Of a stretch of 64,000 nt of DNA, positions 12,731-22,245 are shown piece after piece. Position 1 is the first letter of the stretch. Every line of letters starts with the position of its first letter. The notes beneath the pieces were generated by a model, which saw only the letters and a program-made list of their open reading frames with translations, was not told the DNA's origin and did no database searches. Made by a program: the position numbers and the translations under genes. The DNA comes from Myxococcales bacterium (GTDB lineage: Bacteria > Myxococcota_A > Polyangia > Fen-1088), in contig JAGTJU010000001.1 in the NCBI GenBank assembly GCA_022184915.1, positions 868,057 to 932,056 of the forward strand, read 5' to 3'.

Positions 12731-13675
12731 ATGATTCCCGCAACGGCCCACTTCGTCTGGCTGGGATCCTGGTTTCCTTGGTTCAACGTGCTGGCCATCC
12801 GCTCCGCGCTCGAGCGGGGGGGCTTTTCGCGCGTGGTGTTGCACCACGATGAGGCGCTCGCGGCGTCGGCCTTGGGCCCCCTGCTTGCGGACCCGCGGGT
12901 GCACTTTCGTCCCATCGATCTCGAGGCGCTGTGTGCCGGGGCGGGCGTGGCCCCGGCGCCCTTCGCCGCGCTCATGTCCGAGCTCACCGCGCCGAGCGCG
13001 CGATCGAACGTGCTGCGTTGCCTGGCCCTGGCGGCCGAGGGGGGCGTTTACCTCGACACCGACACCGTGACCGTCAAGAGCCTCGACGATCTGCGCGCGT
13101 CCGGCGGCGCGTTCTGCGGACAGGAGCGTGTGGCGCGGCCGCTTCGCTGGATACAGAAGCGTCGCGCGGCCGACCAGCTGAAGTCGTGGGCCCTTCTGGG
13201 TTTGCGGCAAGCTTTTCGCCTGTGGCCGCGCGGCTACTTGCATTTTCGCATGGTCGAAGGGCTCTATCCTCTGGCGGTGAACAACGCTGTATTGGGCTGC
13301 GCCGCTCGTCACCCGTTCATGCTGGAGCTGCTCGCGCGCATGGTGAAGGTGCCACCCGCGCGACGGCGCGTGCGTTTTGCGCTGGGCACTCATCTGCTGC
13401 AGCGGCATGTGGCCGACTACGCGGGCGCCGGTCTCGTGGTGTATCCGCCAGAGTACTTTTACCCGTTGGCCCCCGAGATCGCCGACCACTGGTTTCGGCA
13501 TCACGCGCGCCACGACCTCGATCAGGTGTTGTCGCCGCAAACACGGATCGTGCATTGGTACGGTTCGACCCACCGGCGGCGTACCATGGTGAGGTTGGCC
13601 CCGGACTATGTATTGGCGAACGCGCGCCGCCAAATGTTGAGCCAGCTGGCCGCGCCCTTCGTGACCGAAGCCTGA
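12731..13675 (+). CDS. GT32 DXD glycosyltransferase (Gly_transf_sug)
   Basis: MIPATAHFVWLG start, SNVLR..L..EGGVYLDTD. Confidence 0.85.
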   Translation: MIPATAHFVWLGSWFPWFNVLAIRSALERGGFSRVVLHHDEALAASALGPLLADPRVHFRPIDLEALCAGAGVAPAPFAALMSELTAPSARSNVLRCLALAAEGGVYLDTDTVTVKSLDDLRASGGAFCGQERVARPLRWIQKRRAADQLKSWALLGLRQAFRLWPRGYLHFRMVEGLYPLAVNNAVLGCAARHPFMLELLARMVKVPPARRRVRFALGTHLLQRHVADYAGAGLVVYPPEYFYPLAPEIADHWFRHHARHDLDQVLSPQTRIVHWYGSTHRRRTMVRLAPDYVLANARRQMLSQLAAPFVTEA

Positions 13676-13701
13676 GCGCAGCCCTGCGCGCATGATCCCC
13701 G

Positions 13702-14550
13702 TCAGTGAAGCGCCACCGCAGGCCCGTCAGCGGCCAGCTCGACGCGCAGCTCGCCAAGCGGTGCGTTCGTGACCAGTGCCAGCGGCGTGTGTTCCGCGTT
13801 GTCCGACAGCCACAGCGTGATCGTGCGCGGCTTGCGCAGCGTCGAAGGGCGTCCCTGCCAGTCGATGGGTGCTGCCGCGAGCTCGTAGCGCAGGGCCGTG
13901 CGGGGGCCCGTGGCCAGCTTGATCGTCTCGGCCCGTGGGGGCGCAGCCGTCACGCTCCACAGCGCGCGGCCATCGAGCACCGGGGCGGTCCAGGGCTCCC
14001 GTTGGGGGCCGCGGGTGCGCAGCGCCAGCAGATATCCAAAGGGGTCGTACGTCGCCGCGCCCGCGTTCAGCGTGGCCCAGCTCTCGGGTTTTTTGCTGTG
14101 CAGGCGGTGCGTGCTCACCACGCCCGGGGCGCTTTGTGCGGCGTCGTCGCGGATCACGGCGCTGCCGGTGTCCCGTTCGACGGTCCACGCCCGCGCCAGC
14201 GCCGTCTGCGGATCGAAGGACAGCGAGAACTTGCTGCGGGTGCCAAAGCCCAGGAACGAGCCCGAGCCGAACCCCTCACCTGCCCACAGCGGCGCAGGGG
14301 ACGTCTCTGCCTTGACGAGCAGCGTGACTTCACCCACCTGTCCAGCCAGGGAGTGGCGAATCTGGAAGTGGAGGCGTTCGGGGAAGCGCAGCATCGGGGG
14401 CCCTTCGCTTAGTGTGGCGACCGGGGGGGCGTCAACCGAGGCCGGCGCAAGGCGTGGCGTGGTGGTGGCGCAGGCGGCGAGCATCGCCGCGGCCGCGCCG
14501 GGACCCAGAAGCGCGTAGAGGCCGCTTCGCTGACGAGAGAGACGTGCCAT
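13702..14550 (-). CDS. DUF3108-like lipoprotein
   Basis: lipobox LAAC, YDPFGYLLALR, ITLWLSD....TPL; the long N-terminal ORF extension is a shadow of the opposite gene. Confidence 0.65.
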   Translation of the reverse strand: MARLSRQRSGLYALLGPGAAAAMLAACATTTPRLAPASVDAPPVATLSEGPPMLRFPERLHFQIRHSLAGQVGEVTLLVKAETSPAPLWAGEGFGSGSFLGFGTRSKFSLSFDPQTALARAWTVERDTGSAVIRDDAAQSAPGVVSTHRLHSKKPESWATLNAGAATYDPFGYLLALRTRGPQREPWTAPVLDGRALWSVTAAPPRAETIKLATGPRTALRYELAAAPIDWQGRPSTLRKPRTITLWLSDNAEHTPLALVTNAPLGELRVELAADGPAVALH

Positions 14551-14701
14551 GAGTGTTGGACACCCAGAGTGCCCCCGCGATTCAGCCTTGCACAGGAAAA
14601 GCAGGAGCACCCCGGGCCGGGGGGCCGCGCGCGCGGCTCCGAGCCGCGCAAGTGGCTGCTTCTCCTGGTCAATTCGTGGCGCTCCTGGTAGCTCTTCGCT
14701 C

Positions 14702-17509
14702 ATGTCGAACCGCCCGTCCCTCGCCTCCGCCGTGCTTTCGGGCCTGGGCGCGGGTGCCGTGGTGGGTCTGGCCGACGGGGTGCGGGTGGCGCTGGGGGCA
14801 GGGCTTTCCCCCGCGGGCTTCGGGCGTACGGTGGCTTTGGCGCTGGCCGTGGACGCGATCGGGGGCGGCACGCTCGGGCTCGTGTGTTCGGTGTGGGGCT
14901 GGGTGCGGGTCTGGGGCCAGGCCGGATCCCCGGGGCCTGTCGCCCGTGTGGGGGGCGCGGCCGCGGCGGGCGCCCTTGCCGCCGGCCTGGGTGTGGCCAC
15001 GCTGCTTGCCACGGCGACGCGGGTCAACCGCTTTTTGGCTGCGGGCCTCGTGGTGCTGGCGCTGGGGCTTGGCTTTGCGCTGGCGGCCGCTTTTGGGCCT
15101 GCGCTCGCCAGGGCCTTTTCGCGGGGCGCGCCCCAAGCCGACGACAGCGATCGGCCCGCCGGGCTTTCGGTCCTCGGGCGCTGGCTTTTCGGTCCTTTGG
15201 CCTTGGGTCTCGTGTCGGGGGCTGCCTTTGTGATCGTGTGGCGCACGCGCGCGCCGCTGCGGGGCGCGGCCTTGCTCGAGCGGGGCGCCTGGGTGGCGCT
15301 GCTTGGCTTGGGCGGGCCCTGGTTCGTCGCCCGCGCGGCCCGGGCGGGCGCGCACGTCCGCGTGGGGGTCGCGGGCGCACGCGGGGTGAAGGTCGCGGTG
15401 CCGGGGCTCTGCCTGGCCGCCGCGGCGGGGCTGGGGGCGCTGCGCTGGGAGCGTGATCTGCAGTTCCTGCCCTGGGCCGACCTGATCGTGGCCGCCCTCA
15501 TCGCTGCCGTGGGGGTGGGCCTGCATCGTGCGGGGGCCTTTCGATCCCTGCGGCGGGCGGGAATGTACGCGGCCGTGGGACTCGGCCTGTGTGTGCCGCT
15601 CGCGCTTGCCAGCGCAGGCTCCGAGGTCGCACGCAAGGTGCTTTCGGCGCGGGGCGGCCTGGTGGGGCCTGCGCTCACCTACGGCAGCCGCGCGCTCGAC
15701 GCCGATCGTGATGGCTATGCCCGCCTGCTCGGCGGCGGCGACTGCAACGACGCCGAGCCCGAGATCAACCCCGGCGCCCTCGACTGGCCCGATGATGGCG
15801 TGGATCAGGATTGCGACGGCCACGACGCGGTCTTTGCCCCCCTCACGTCACCGCCGTTTCATGCCGTGCCCCAAACGGTGCCCCGGGACGCGAACATCCT
15901 GCTGGTCGCCATCGACACCTTGCGCGCCGATCGCCTCGGGGCCTATGGCTACCCTCGCAACACCTCTGCCCACCTCGACCGCCTGGCCCAAGAGGGGGTG
16001 GTGTTCGAGAACGGATGGGCGCATGCGCCTTCCACCCGTTATTCGATGCCGGCGCTCTTCACGGGGCGCTGGCCAAGCGCCCTCAGCTGGCAGGACTGCA
16101 ACGCGTGTCGCAGCTGGTGGCCGCGTCTGGCGCCTTCCGTGCGCACGCTGGGGCAGGCCCTCAAAGACGCGGGGCTCGTGACGGGCAGCCTGTGGGCGTA
16201 CAGCTATTTCGATGCGGACGAACGCCGGGGCTTCGAGCGGGGCATCGACGTCTACGACACGCGGCGGGCCGCTTTGCATACCAACGTGGCGGGGCCCGCC
16301 GAGTCGGTGGGCTCTTCGGCCCGCGAGATCACCGATGATGCTCTTGGCTTCATCGAAGCGCACAAAGACCAACGGTTCTTTCTTTCGGTTCACTACTACG
16401 ACCCCCACCTCTCCTACGAACGACACCCGGGCGCGCCCGATTTTGGCGCTGCGCCCGCGGATCTCTACGATCGCGAGGTGTGGTTCACCGACCAGCAGCT
16501 CGGGCGGCTCTTCGAGGGGCTCGTGCGTGAGGGCTTGTGGGAGCGCACCATCGTGGTGGTCACGGGAGATCACGGCGAAGGCTTCGGCGAACGCGGCGTG
16601 GTCGCGCACGGCTACCACCTTTACCCGCCCCAAACGAAGGTGCCCTTCATCGTGCGGGTTCCGGGGCTGCCCCCGCGGCGGGTGGCCACGCCCGTGAGCC
16701 ACGTCGATGTGGCACCCACCCTGGTCAATCTGCTGGGAGCGCCCCACGAAGAGAGCTTCCTGGGCCGCTCGTTCGTGGATCTGCTCGCCGGCACGCCGCG
16801 CCCCGAGGTGCCGATTGCGCCCGTGTTCCAGGAGGTGTCGTACGAAGGCGACAACAAAAAACGCGGCATCGTCACCGAGACCCATCAGCTGGTGTGGAAC
16901 TGGACGCCTCACAACACCACAGAGTGTTACGACCTGGCCCAGCCGAACGGTCCCGATCTGTGGGGCACGCCTGCCGGTGCCGACGTGTGCCCGGCCCTCA
17001 AGGCGCGTTTGCGACAGTGGATGGCCTGGCTCGCGGTGCCGCCCGACGCCCAAGCCCAGATCGCCAAAGGGGTGTTCGTCGAAGGCCGAAAGCCCCCCCC
17101 GCCCACCTTGCCCGTGCACGCGACCTTGGGGGCGGTGGTGCGCTTCAAAGGCGTGGATCTGTCGAACACCACGGTGGCACGCGGCGAGTCTTTCGAGGTG
17201 GCCTATCACTTCGAGGTGCTGGGCAAGATTCCCGAAGGTTGGAAGCTGTTTTTCCATCTCAACGGTCCGTCCGGTGTGTTCGTCAATCTGGATCACCCAC
17301 CGCTTGCGGGAGCGTTTCCCCTGGAACGGTGGCGCCAAGGCCAAACCATCGTGGATCGTCACGTTGCTGCGGTCCCCCCCCACCTGCCCCCGGGCAGCTA
17401 CACGCTGTACGTGGGCCTTTGGAAGGGCTCCGAACGGATGGACGTGGTGCCCACCGCCGCGAGCGACGGCAGCAAGCGCCTGATCGTGGGCACACTCACG
17501 GTGAACTGA
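14702..17509 (+). CDS. membrane-anchored sulfatase-like / alkaline phosphatase superfamily protein with putative metal-binding (DADRDGY..DCND) motif and C-terminal Ig-like domain
   Basis: NILLVAIDTLRADRLG, HYYDPH, TGDHGE, HG; many N-terminal TM helices. Confidence 0.85.
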   Translation: MSNRPSLASAVLSGLGAGAVVGLADGVRVALGAGLSPAGFGRTVALALAVDAIGGGTLGLVCSVWGWVRVWGQAGSPGPVARVGGAAAAGALAAGLGVATLLATATRVNRFLAAGLVVLALGLGFALAAAFGPALARAFSRGAPQADDSDRPAGLSVLGRWLFGPLALGLVSGAAFVIVWRTRAPLRGAALLERGAWVALLGLGGPWFVARAARAGAHVRVGVAGARGVKVAVPGLCLAAAAGLGALRWERDLQFLPWADLIVAALIAAVGVGLHRAGAFRSLRRAGMYAAVGLGLCVPLALASAGSEVARKVLSARGGLVGPALTYGSRALDADRDGYARLLGGGDCNDAEPEINPGALDWPDDGVDQDCDGHDAVFAPLTSPPFHAVPQTVPRDANILLVAIDTLRADRLGAYGYPRNTSAHLDRLAQEGVVFENGWAHAPSTRYSMPALFTGRWPSALSWQDCNACRSWWPRLAPSVRTLGQALKDAGLVTGSLWAYSYFDADERRGFERGIDVYDTRRAALHTNVAGPAESVGSSAREITDDALGFIEAHKDQRFFLSVHYYDPHLSYERHPGAPDFGAAPADLYDREVWFTDQQLGRLFEGLVREGLWERTIVVVTGDHGEGFGERGVVAHGYHLYPPQTKVPFIVRVPGLPPRRVATPVSHVDVAPTLVNLLGAPHEESFLGRSFVDLLAGTPRPEVPIAPVFQEVSYEGDNKKRGIVTETHQLVWNWTPHNTTECYDLAQPNGPDLWGTPAGADVCPALKARLRQWMAWLAVPPDAQAQIAKGVFVEGRKPPPPTLPVHATLGAVVRFKGVDLSNTTVARGESFEVAYHFEVLGKIPEGWKLFFHLNGPSGVFVNLDHPPLAGAFPLERWRQGQTIVDRHVAAVPPHLPPGSYTLYVGLWKGSERMDVVPTAASDGSKRLIVGTLTVN

Positions 17510-17527
17510 GTCTCGAAGGAGCCCCCC

Positions 17528-18085
17528 TTGTACCGCCCTGAACGCTGGGAATACCGCCTGACCTTGACCGACGTGGAGCGGGGCTTGAATGCCGACCGCA
17601 CCGTGGTGGTGGGACGCCACCCGTCCGAGACCACGGAGCATCTGGCTCTGCGCGTGCTTGCGTTTTGCCTGGTGTACGAAGAAGGGCTCAGCTTCGGGCC
17701 CGGCGTGTGCGTGGGGGATGCCCCGGATCTCATGGCCAACGACCTGACCGGCCACCTCAGTCTGTGGGTGGGCTGTGGCGACGTGTCCGCCGACCTGGCG
17801 AAGAAAGTGGTGCAACACAACCGCGACGCCAAAGCGCACATCGTCTTCGATGGCGAAGAGCGCTACGCGGCGTTCACGGAGAAGGTGCGCCACTGGCCGA
17901 AGTTGCCGCGCAACTGGGGCAACCTCACGGCCTGGCTGCCCCCGCCGAGCGTGCTTGCGTACCTCAAGGAGATGGAGACCCTGCGCCAGCGCTGGATCGT
18001 GACCCTTGCGGGCGGGCACCTCTACCTCGAAGCCGACGGTGTGGTCTTGGAAGGGCCCGTGCAGTCCTGGGTGGCCCCCACCTGA
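17528..18085 (+). CDS. yaeQ: YaeQ family protein
   Basis: L.DVERG, RHPSETTEHLALRVLAFCL, PDL. Confidence 0.8.
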   Translation: MYRPERWEYRLTLTDVERGLNADRTVVVGRHPSETTEHLALRVLAFCLVYEEGLSFGPGVCVGDAPDLMANDLTGHLSLWVGCGDVSADLAKKVVQHNRDAKAHIVFDGEERYAAFTEKVRHWPKLPRNWGNLTAWLPPPSVLAYLKEMETLRQRWIVTLAGGHLYLEADGVVLEGPVQSWVAPT

Positions 18086-18095
18086 AGGCCCGCGG

Positions 18096-18869
18096 TCAAT
18101 TGGCGTCGGTGGCGCCCGCGTCGGTGGCGCCCGCATCGGTGGGAGCCCCGCCATCAGGCAGGCTCGCCTCGGTGGTGGTGAGCCGCTGCCGAAAGTAGTC
18201 CTTGTCGCTCCACTTGTCCCAGCCGAGGGTGGGCAAAGACACGCTCGAGTCCGTGCGGGAGCCAATGAGCCGGCCAAAGGCGCCATCGATCGGCAAGCTG
18301 CCCATGTCGGTGACGGAGGCAAAGCCCACGGCCTGGTTCGGATCGAAGCCCACGGCGTAGTAGTGGCCGGGTCGCAAGAGGATCTGGAGCGGGCCCGCGC
18401 TCACGTAGGCCGGGCACGCCACGGTGTCGACCTGCAAGGTAAAGAGCGTGGTGAAAGGCGCCTGCTTCGAGGGCGCTTCGGCTACCGCCAGGGTCACCCG
18501 GGTGTTGGGCAGCGTAGGGTTGAGGAAGATTTCGACGCCCGTGAGCCAGCGCGGGCGGGTGACTTCGTAGATGTTGAGCCGCGCCAGGGCGGAGGCGTTT
18601 TTGGCGGGGGCCGCGTTGGGGCCGAACTCGTCGGGCACCCCGGCGTCACTGCCCCCGTCGCGCGCGGCCAGGAGGTCGCAGACGGAGGGGGCACCGGCCT
18701 CGATCGCCGCATCAACCGCCGCATCGGGCGTCGCCTCCCCCCCGCCCTGGCAAGCGACGGCCCCAAGGGGCACGAGCGCGAGCACGAGCGCCACCGTCTG
18801 CGCCCGTGTACCCAGGGCTACGCCCAGGGCCCGAGAGCGCGTGGGGAAAGACTGTGAACGGAACGTCAT
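18096..18869 (-). CDS. hypothetical lipoprotein
   Basis: signal peptide ending AVAC, DAG low-complexity linkers; start uncertain. Confidence 0.65.
   Translation of the reverse strand: MTFRSQSFPTRSRALGVALGTRAQTVALVLALVPLGAVACQGGGEATPDAAVDAAIEAGAPSVCDLLAARDGGSDAGVPDEFGPNAAPAKNASALARLNIYEVTRPRWLTGVEIFLNPTLPNTRVTLAVAEAPSKQAPFTTLFTLQVDTVACPAYVSAGPLQILLRPGHYYAVGFDPNQAVGFASVTDMGSLPIDGAFGRLIGSRTDSSVSLPTLGWDKWSDKDYFRQRLTTTEASLPDGGAPTDAGATDAGATDAN
18103..18141. repeat. 15-bp tandem repeat (about 2.5 copies) encoding TDAGA linker
   Basis: gcgtcggtggcgccc gcgtcggtggcgccc gcatcggtg. Confidence 0.7.
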
Positions 18870-18952
18870 GGAGTTGTTGCCCGGACGGTGAGCTGATGTG
18901 GGTAGTTTGCCGCCTGACGGGTGCCCACCGTAGTGGGGCCTTTTCACTCATC

Positions 18953-21900
18953 GTGACTTTTCCACATCTTCTACACCTGCTCCTCACGTCATTGGCCCTG
19001 TCCGTTGCGCCCGACGGAGGCTCCGGGCCGCCCGCGGACGGGGGGGCGGACGCCGGCGCGAACACTGAGCCCCAGCCCCCGAGGGGCGGTCTTGCCGTGC
19101 TCGTGTTTCGACAAGTCACGGGCGAGCGGAGGGTGGTCATGGAGGACGTGCAGGTCGACGTGCTCGCGCAGACCGGGCGAACCAACATGGATGGCGCCGT
19201 GCGCTTGGAGGTCCCCGCGGGGGCTTACCCTCTGCGCTTCAGCTTTGGTTCCGACACGTTCTCCCCCGGGAACCCAGACGCGCCTGTGCGAAGCCTCGAG
19301 ACGCTGCCGGTGAAGGTCGTAGACGGCGAGACCACCGAGGTGATTGCCACCTTCAGCTCAGACGGCCACCTCGTCAATCTTCTGGTCGAAGTGCCAAACG
19401 CCGACGCTATGGCCGCGGCGCGGCCTGTCTCGCTCGAGGGACCCAAAGGCACCATCGAGGGGGTGGTGCGCGCGGATCAGACGGGCGCATTCGTACAAGA
19501 TGCGTACATCTTCGTGCGCGGCGCTGCGCTCGAGGTCAAGACGGACGCCCAGGGACGCTTTCGCCTGAGTTTACCGCAGGGCCAGTGGTTCCTGTCTGTC
19601 GTTCACCCCCGCTACGCCACGGACGCCGCGCGCCCCGTGAGCGTCGAAGCCGAAGCGACCACCAGCCTCGAGGTCAGGTTGCTGTCTTCGGAGGTGGAGC
19701 TGGACGATTTCGTGGTGTCGACACCGCGGCTGCAAGGCGGCGTGGTGGCGGTCACGCACGAGCGGCGGGAGACCACCGAAGTGGCCGACGTGCTGGGCGC
19801 CGAGGCGATGAAGAAGGCGGGCGATAGCGACGCAGCGGGAGCCCTCAAGCGCGTGGCGGGGCTGACCGTGGTGGGCGGTAAATACGTCTACGTGCGGGGT
19901 CTCGGAGAGCGCTACTCGTCCGTGCTCTTGGACGGCAGCTTTTTGCCCAGTCCGGACCCCTCCCGCCGGGTGATCCCGCTCGATCTGTTTCCGATCGACA
20001 TTCTCGAAAGCGTGGTCGTGCAAAAGACCTACTCGCCCGATCTGCCGGGGGATTTTTCGGGAGGGCTCGTGCTGCTGCGTACCCGGGGCGTGCCCGAGGC
20101 GTTTTTCTTCAACGCCTCGTTGACCCTCGGTGGAAACTCACAATCCACCTTTAGGGAAGGCCTTGGCTATCAAGGCGGGTCGCTCGATCGTTTGGGCATC
20201 GACGACGGCACGCGCGCGTGGCCACGGCTCGTGCAGGAGGCGACCAACGGCGGGCAGGACGACATCGGCCGTGTGAGCCCCGACGAGCTGAGGGACGCCG
20301 TGTGGCGGTCCTTTCCAAACGTGTGGGACGCGCGTCCCTTCACCATGGGGCCGGACTACGGCGTGGACGTCTCAGTGGGCAGCCGGCTTGCCGCCCGCGG
20401 CAGCACTGTCATCGGCTACAGGCTCTACGCGGGCTACGACACGAACACGCGCTTTAGGAACGAGCTCCGCAAGACCTTCTCCCTTCAACCGGGAGGTCTG
20501 CAGGTTCTGGACACGACGGATCTGTCGTGGACGGCGAAGAACGTGTCCCTGACGTCCATGGGCGCCTTGTCTGCCGAGTTCGGTCGTAACCACAAGATCG
20601 GCGCCTTTGCGATGATCACGCGCAGAACGCAGGACAGCGTGCTCTTCCGTGAGGTCGACAACGTGGGCGAGCAGCGCATTGAACGCTGGACGATGCTGGA
20701 GTGGCTCGAGCGCGAGATGGCCAGCGCGCAGCTTCGGGGTGAACACAAGGTGGGGGGCGAAAAGGGGCTCGGTGTGGATTGGGCGGTCGCCTACTCGCGG
20801 GCCGCGCAGGCATTGCCCGATCGGCGCGAGACGAAGTACGCCCGGCTCGAGCGCGCGCAGAACGATCCCTTTGCGCTTTCGTTCGGAACCGCCACGGGCG
20901 GGCGCCCCGCGGTGCGCAGCTACGAAGAGTTCACGGAAGACGCCTTTAGCTACGGGCTCAACCTCGTGGCGCCGCTGCGCCTGGGCTCGCAGGTCGAGGG
21001 ACGGGCGAAGCTCGGGGCCTCGCGGAGCGAAGCCAAACGCGAGGTACGGATCAACCGTTACAACTACGTCATCACCAACTTTTTCGGTCTTTCACCGGAC
21101 ATTCTGGAGCGCACGAGCAATCCCTCGGTCGAAGCAAACCTCGTTCCCGGCGCGCTCGGACGGGGCCGCTGGGAGATCGTGGACGGGGGCCTCAACGTTG
21201 ACAACTACGACGGCTTTTACGACGTGACCGGCCTTTACCTGGCGGGTGAGCTCGATCTGGGAAAGCGAGTGAAGGCGCAGGGCGGCGTGCGCTACGAGGA
21301 CGCGTCGATCGAAACACAAACCTTCGGTCTCAGGGCCACTGACCAGCGAGCCGTCTCCCGGTTGTCCGATACCCCCATCCTTCCCGCCCTGACCCTCACC
21401 TGGCTCACTTCGGACAAAACGCAAGTGCGCGCGGCCTACAGCCAAACGGTGAACCGTCCGCAGCTCAAGGAGCTGTCCGAGAACATCTTCGTCAATCCGG
21501 AAACCAGGTTCGAGGAGCGCGGCAATCCGAACCTCGAGGTCGCGCGCATTCGCAACGTGGACGCCCGCTTCGAGTACTATCCTTCGGTCACGGAGACGGC
21601 GTCCGTTGCCGTGTTCTACAAAGACTTCGACAACCCCATCGAGCAGGTGATCTTGGGGGGAGGGGCAGACAGCGGCGGGGTGCGCACCTTCGCGAACGTG
21701 CCCGCCGCGTCCAACTTTGGCCTCGAGCTCGAAGGTCGGCACGACCTCGAACGATGGGCCGATTGGATGGAGGGCCTGACGGCCGTCGCCAACGTGTCCG
21801 TGATCCGGTCCGAGGTGAACCTGGGCGAAGCCATCGGCACGAACACGAGCCAAAATCGACCTTTGCAGGGCCAATCGCCGTGGGTCGTGAACGCCCAGCT

Positions 21901-22183
21901 CGAGTACGACGATGGCGAAGACTGGCTCTCGGCGGCGCTGTCGTTCAACGTCTTCGGCGCCCGGATCAGCGACGTGGGCAACAAAGGCCTGCCCGACATC
22001 TACGAAAAGCCCGCCCCGCTGCTCGACTTTACGAGTCGTCTCAACTTCGGAAGCCGTGGCGCCCTGAAGCTGTCGCTCCGGAACCTCATGAATCCGACGT
22101 TCCGCTTCGAGCAGGGAGAGGGCGTTCAGCGGGCCTACAAACTAGGCGTGTCCGGCTCGTTGACCTACGCACTTAGCTACTGA
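18953..22183 (+). CDS. TonB-dependent receptor with N-terminal carboxypeptidase-regulatory-like domains
   Basis: plug motif DSDAAGALKRVAGLTV..YVRGLGERYS, PLDLFP, GNPNL, C-terminal aromatic residue (LTYALSY). Confidence 0.92.
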   Translation: MTFPHLLHLLLTSLALSVAPDGGSGPPADGGADAGANTEPQPPRGGLAVLVFRQVTGERRVVMEDVQVDVLAQTGRTNMDGAVRLEVPAGAYPLRFSFGSDTFSPGNPDAPVRSLETLPVKVVDGETTEVIATFSSDGHLVNLLVEVPNADAMAAARPVSLEGPKGTIEGVVRADQTGAFVQDAYIFVRGAALEVKTDAQGRFRLSLPQGQWFLSVVHPRYATDAARPVSVEAEATTSLEVRLLSSEVELDDFVVSTPRLQGGVVAVTHERRETTEVADVLGAEAMKKAGDSDAAGALKRVAGLTVVGGKYVYVRGLGERYSSVLLDGSFLPSPDPSRRVIPLDLFPIDILESVVVQKTYSPDLPGDFSGGLVLLRTRGVPEAFFFNASLTLGGNSQSTFREGLGYQGGSLDRLGIDDGTRAWPRLVQEATNGGQDDIGRVSPDELRDAVWRSFPNVWDARPFTMGPDYGVDVSVGSRLAARGSTVIGYRLYAGYDTNTRFRNELRKTFSLQPGGLQVLDTTDLSWTAKNVSLTSMGALSAEFGRNHKIGAFAMITRRTQDSVLFREVDNVGEQRIERWTMLEWLEREMASAQLRGEHKVGGEKGLGVDWAVAYSRAAQALPDRRETKYARLERAQNDPFALSFGTATGGRPAVRSYEEFTEDAFSYGLNLVAPLRLGSQVEGRAKLGASRSEAKREVRINRYNYVITNFFGLSPDILERTSNPSVEANLVPGALGRGRWEIVDGGLNVDNYDGFYDVTGLYLAGELDLGKRVKAQGGVRYEDASIETQTFGLRATDQRAVSRLSDTPILPALTLTWLTSDKTQVRAAYSQTVNRPQLKELSENIFVNPETRFEERGNPNLEVARIRNVDARFEYYPSVTETASVAVFYKDFDNPIEQVILGGGADSGGVRTFANVPAASNFGLELEGRHDLERWADWMEGLTAVANVSVIRSEVNLGEAIGTNTSQNRPLQGQSPWVVNAQLEYDDGEDWLSAALSFNVFGARISDVGNKGLPDIYEKPAPLLDFTSRLNFGSRGALKLSLRNLMNPTFRFEQGEGVQRAYKLGVSGSLTYALSY

Positions 22184-22245
22184 GCTGCGGCCGGTGGGTG
22201 GCGCCAGGCGAAACCCTGTGGTCTGCCTGGCGCTTCACCGTGTCC

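Noticed and set aside
14551-15678. N-terminal extension of the 658-aa ORF 13702..15678
   Set aside because: Overlaps the sulfatase-like gene antisense; the real gene likely starts at 14550
15848-18322. 824-aa minus-strand ORF
   Set aside because: Shadow of the sulfatase-like and yaeQ genes
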